Of a stretch of 7,919 nt of DNA, positions 6,243 through 7,919 are shown piece after piece. Location of the stretch: IMG/VR virus record IMGVR_UViG_3300029095_000201, positions 1 to 7,919 of that record, one strand, 5' to 3'. The notes beneath the pieces were generated by a model. The model was not told where the DNA came from. It did not search any database and saw only the letters and a program-made list of their open reading frames with translations. The translations under genes and the position numbers were made by a program. The stretch's first letter is position 1; the number at the start of each line of letters is the position of its first letter. The stretch is from a virus (taxonomy: Duplodnaviria > Heunggongvirae > Uroviricota > Caudoviricetes).

Positions 6243-7113
6243 CGTTCTGGATGTTGATCTGAACCGACTGAAAGAAAATCGGGAAGCAATGACAGATTTT
6301 TATGCGGCTATCCGGTTTGATAAATATGACGGTAGCGCAACAACTTTTCTTGGTGATGCGTATATTGATACACAAACGCTTGAAATTAATATGACAGGCG
6401 GTGCTGCCTCAAGGATTACAGCGAGAGTCAGAAAGGACGAAGCTACCGGATGGATTTTTGCAGAGGCAACAATTCAGGCAATTGATGGGGAGTTAAAAAT
6501 AGGCTCTCAGATACAGTATTCTCCTAAGCAGAGCGGGGCAACCGTATCTGGTGACTATATTTATCTGGCCACCCCACAAGTAGAAGATGGGCCTTGTGTA
6601 TCATCTTTTATTATATCAGGAGCGACGGCGGCGACCCGCGCAAGCGATATAGTTACAGTTCCAATTAAGAATAATCTTTATAATCTTCCTTTTACGGTTC
6701 TTTGTGAGGTACATAAGAACTGGTATAAAACGCCAAATGCAGCGCCACGTGTTTTTGATACCGGCGGTCATCAAACCGGAGCGGCTATTATTCTTGGCTT
6801 CGGTCGTTCAACAGATTACGACGGATTTCCTTATTGCGATATTGGAGGAGCTAACAGACGGGTAAACGAAAACGCATCGCTTGAAAAAATGGTTATGGGG
6901 ATGCGTGTAAAGTCAGATCAGTCTACGTGCTCAGTAAGTAACGGGCGTATATCCAGCGAAACAAAAACCACATGGTCCTGTATTCAGAACACCGCAATTA
7001 TCCGTATTGGAGGCCAGACTACAGCCGGGTTACGTCATTTATTTGGTCATGTCAGGAATTTCAGAATATGGCACAAGGCATTGACTGATGCTCAGGTGGG
7101 GGAGTCAATCTAA
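6178..7113 (+). CDS. Hypothetical protein, 311 aa; C-terminal region resembles a concanavalin-A/LamG-like jelly-roll (lectin-like) domain
   Basis: ATG 6178 preceded by G-rich SD GGGGGTGA (6167-6174). The C-terminal motif IRIGGQTTAGLRHLFGHVRNFRIWHKALTDAQV resembles the terminal strands of LamG/ConA-like domains. The start overlaps the upstream gene by 65 nt; alternative in-frame ATGs at 6220 and 6289 lack good SDs. Domain call is weak inference. Confidence 0.45.
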   Translation: MIPYSKVESLAACRMTAQQIADVLDVDLNRLKENREAMTDFYAAIRFDKYDGSATTFLGDAYIDTQTLEINMTGGAASRITARVRKDEATGWIFAEATIQAIDGELKIGSQIQYSPKQSGATVSGDYIYLATPQVEDGPCVSSFIISGATAATRASDIVTVPIKNNLYNLPFTVLCEVHKNWYKTPNAAPRVFDTGGHQTGAAIILGFGRSTDYDGFPYCDIGGANRRVNENASLEKMVMGMRVKSDQSTCSVSNGRISSETKTTWSCIQNTAIIRIGGQTTAGLRHLFGHVRNFRIWHKALTDAQVGESI

Positions 7114-7394
7114 TGAAAGATTTAACACTCAAATTTGCCGACAGGGCCGACTTTTCGGCCTTTATGGAGAGTATTGGCTATTATGATGACGAGTCGATGC
7201 AGGATGATATTCTTATTGACGTGATAGGTAACGTGTACAAAGAAACCGGAGAACTGACTGAAGATGGCGAACCGGTATGTGTTAAGGAAGACGGATATTT
7301 TGTAAACGTGCGCATCATTAATGATGCAAAAAAATCGTCAATATTCGATAAATACGCGGTTGTTGTTGAGCATCAACTTCGTGGCTGGATGTGA
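7113..7394 (+). CDS. Small acidic hypothetical protein, 93 aa
   Basis: ATG overlaps the upstream stop (TAATG at 7111-7115). SD GGGGGAG at 7098-7104. No recognised family. Confidence 0.45.
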   Translation: MKDLTLKFADRADFSAFMESIGYYDDESMQDDILIDVIGNVYKETGELTEDGEPVCVKEDGYFVNVRIINDAKKSSIFDKYAVVVEHQLRGWM

Positions 7395-7403
7395 GGGAGA
7401 CAA

Positions 7404-7919
7404 ATGGCTACATCGACAGTAATTCCAGGAGATATCACCACGCTAAAGGGAGATGTCAGTAAAACTAAGGAAGATATTTCCTCAATTAACGGAAAAGTAT
7501 CAACGCTTCAGACTGATATGACCAGTGCAAAGCAGGATATCAGCACCAGATACACAAAAACTGAAGTTGATAATAAGCTGAAAAACAAAGTGGAAGTGAA
7601 CGATCTGGAAAGTGGTCGTTATGGCGGAGATTTTTATCCACTGACAGGTCGTGAAGCGTTTTATTTATGGAATTTGGCCACGACTACAGCGGCGGCAAAC
7701 CTTTATCTTAATCCTGACCCCGCAATTTCGTCTGTGCTGCGGTCAACATCGTCTATCCGCTATAAACATTCAGTAGAGACAATAGATTCAAAGCACGCTG
7801 ATCTCATTTTCAGGATGCGCCCTGTGTGGTACAGGTCACAATGCGAAAATGACAGGCGTGACTGGGGATTCTACGGATTGATTGCCGAGGAAGTAGGAGA
7901 AATTGCCCCTCAGTTTGTA
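7404..7919 (+). CDS. Coiled-coil fibre-like protein with a C-terminal intramolecular chaperone (peptidase S74-like) domain; 3' end truncated by the window edge
   Basis: ATG 7404 with SD GGGAGA (7395-7400). I translated the frame by hand to base 7919 with no stop. The N-terminal 60 aa have a heptad-like pattern (DITTLKGDVSKTKEDISSINGKVSTLQTDMTSAKQDIS). From about 7750 the sequence (SSIRYKHSVETIDSKHADLIFRMRPVWY...DWGFYGLIAEEVGEIAPQFV) resembles the S-x-R-x-K autocleavage site and start of the chaperone domain of phage tail fibres and tailspikes, as recalled. Confidence 0.6.
   Translation, partial: MATSTVIPGDITTLKGDVSKTKEDISSINGKVSTLQTDMTSAKQDISTRYTKTEVDNKLKNKVEVNDLESGRYGGDFYPLTGREAFYLWNLATTTAAANLYLNPDPAISSVLRSTSSIRYKHSVETIDSKHADLIFRMRPVWYRSQCENDRRDWGFYGLIAEEVGEIAPQFV

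Noticed and set aside
6097-6375. 92-aa minus-strand ORF across the junction of the GT-A-like and following genes
   Set aside because: Antisense to two tightly coupled + strand genes, with no SD and a Cys/Ile-rich translation of no recognisable character.
1-7919. CRISPR arrays, IS elements, integrase or att sites
   Set aside because: No direct-repeat/spacer periodicity, no terminal inverted repeats flanking a transposase-like ORF, and no integrase-like ORF in any frame were seen in this window.

Overview
This window reads as the late-operon segment of a lambdoid enterobacterial prophage (a lambda/Rac-type mosaic), with all convincing genes except one on the + strand. Order: 3' end of a putative Q-like antiterminator (1-377); a late-promoter/terminator region (378-598); a self-contained cargo gene for a membrane protein (599-1168) with a convergent overlapping small ORF (1137-1298, - strand) and a downstream terminator; a lambda-type lysis cassette of holin (1516-1857), endolysin R (1861-2337) and spanins Rz/Rz1 (2334-2793 / 2554-2734), interrupted by an 11-N run; an AT-rich TrkH-family potassium transporter gene, trkG (2931-4388), as found in the Rac prophage; then a tightly coupled run of five genes (4526 to window end) encoding a ParB-like nuclease-domain protein, a GT-A-like putative glycosyltransferase, a larger protein whose C-terminus resembles a lectin-like jelly-roll domain, a small acidic protein, and a coiled-coil protein with a C-terminal fibre chaperone (peptidase S74-like) domain that runs off the window. 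No tRNA, rRNA, CRISPR array, transposase or integrase was seen. The most interesting candidates are the five-gene module, which sits where lambdoid phages normally carry packaging genes, and the cargo locus between Q and the holin. All identifications are by reading the translations and recalling family features from memory; no database search was run.
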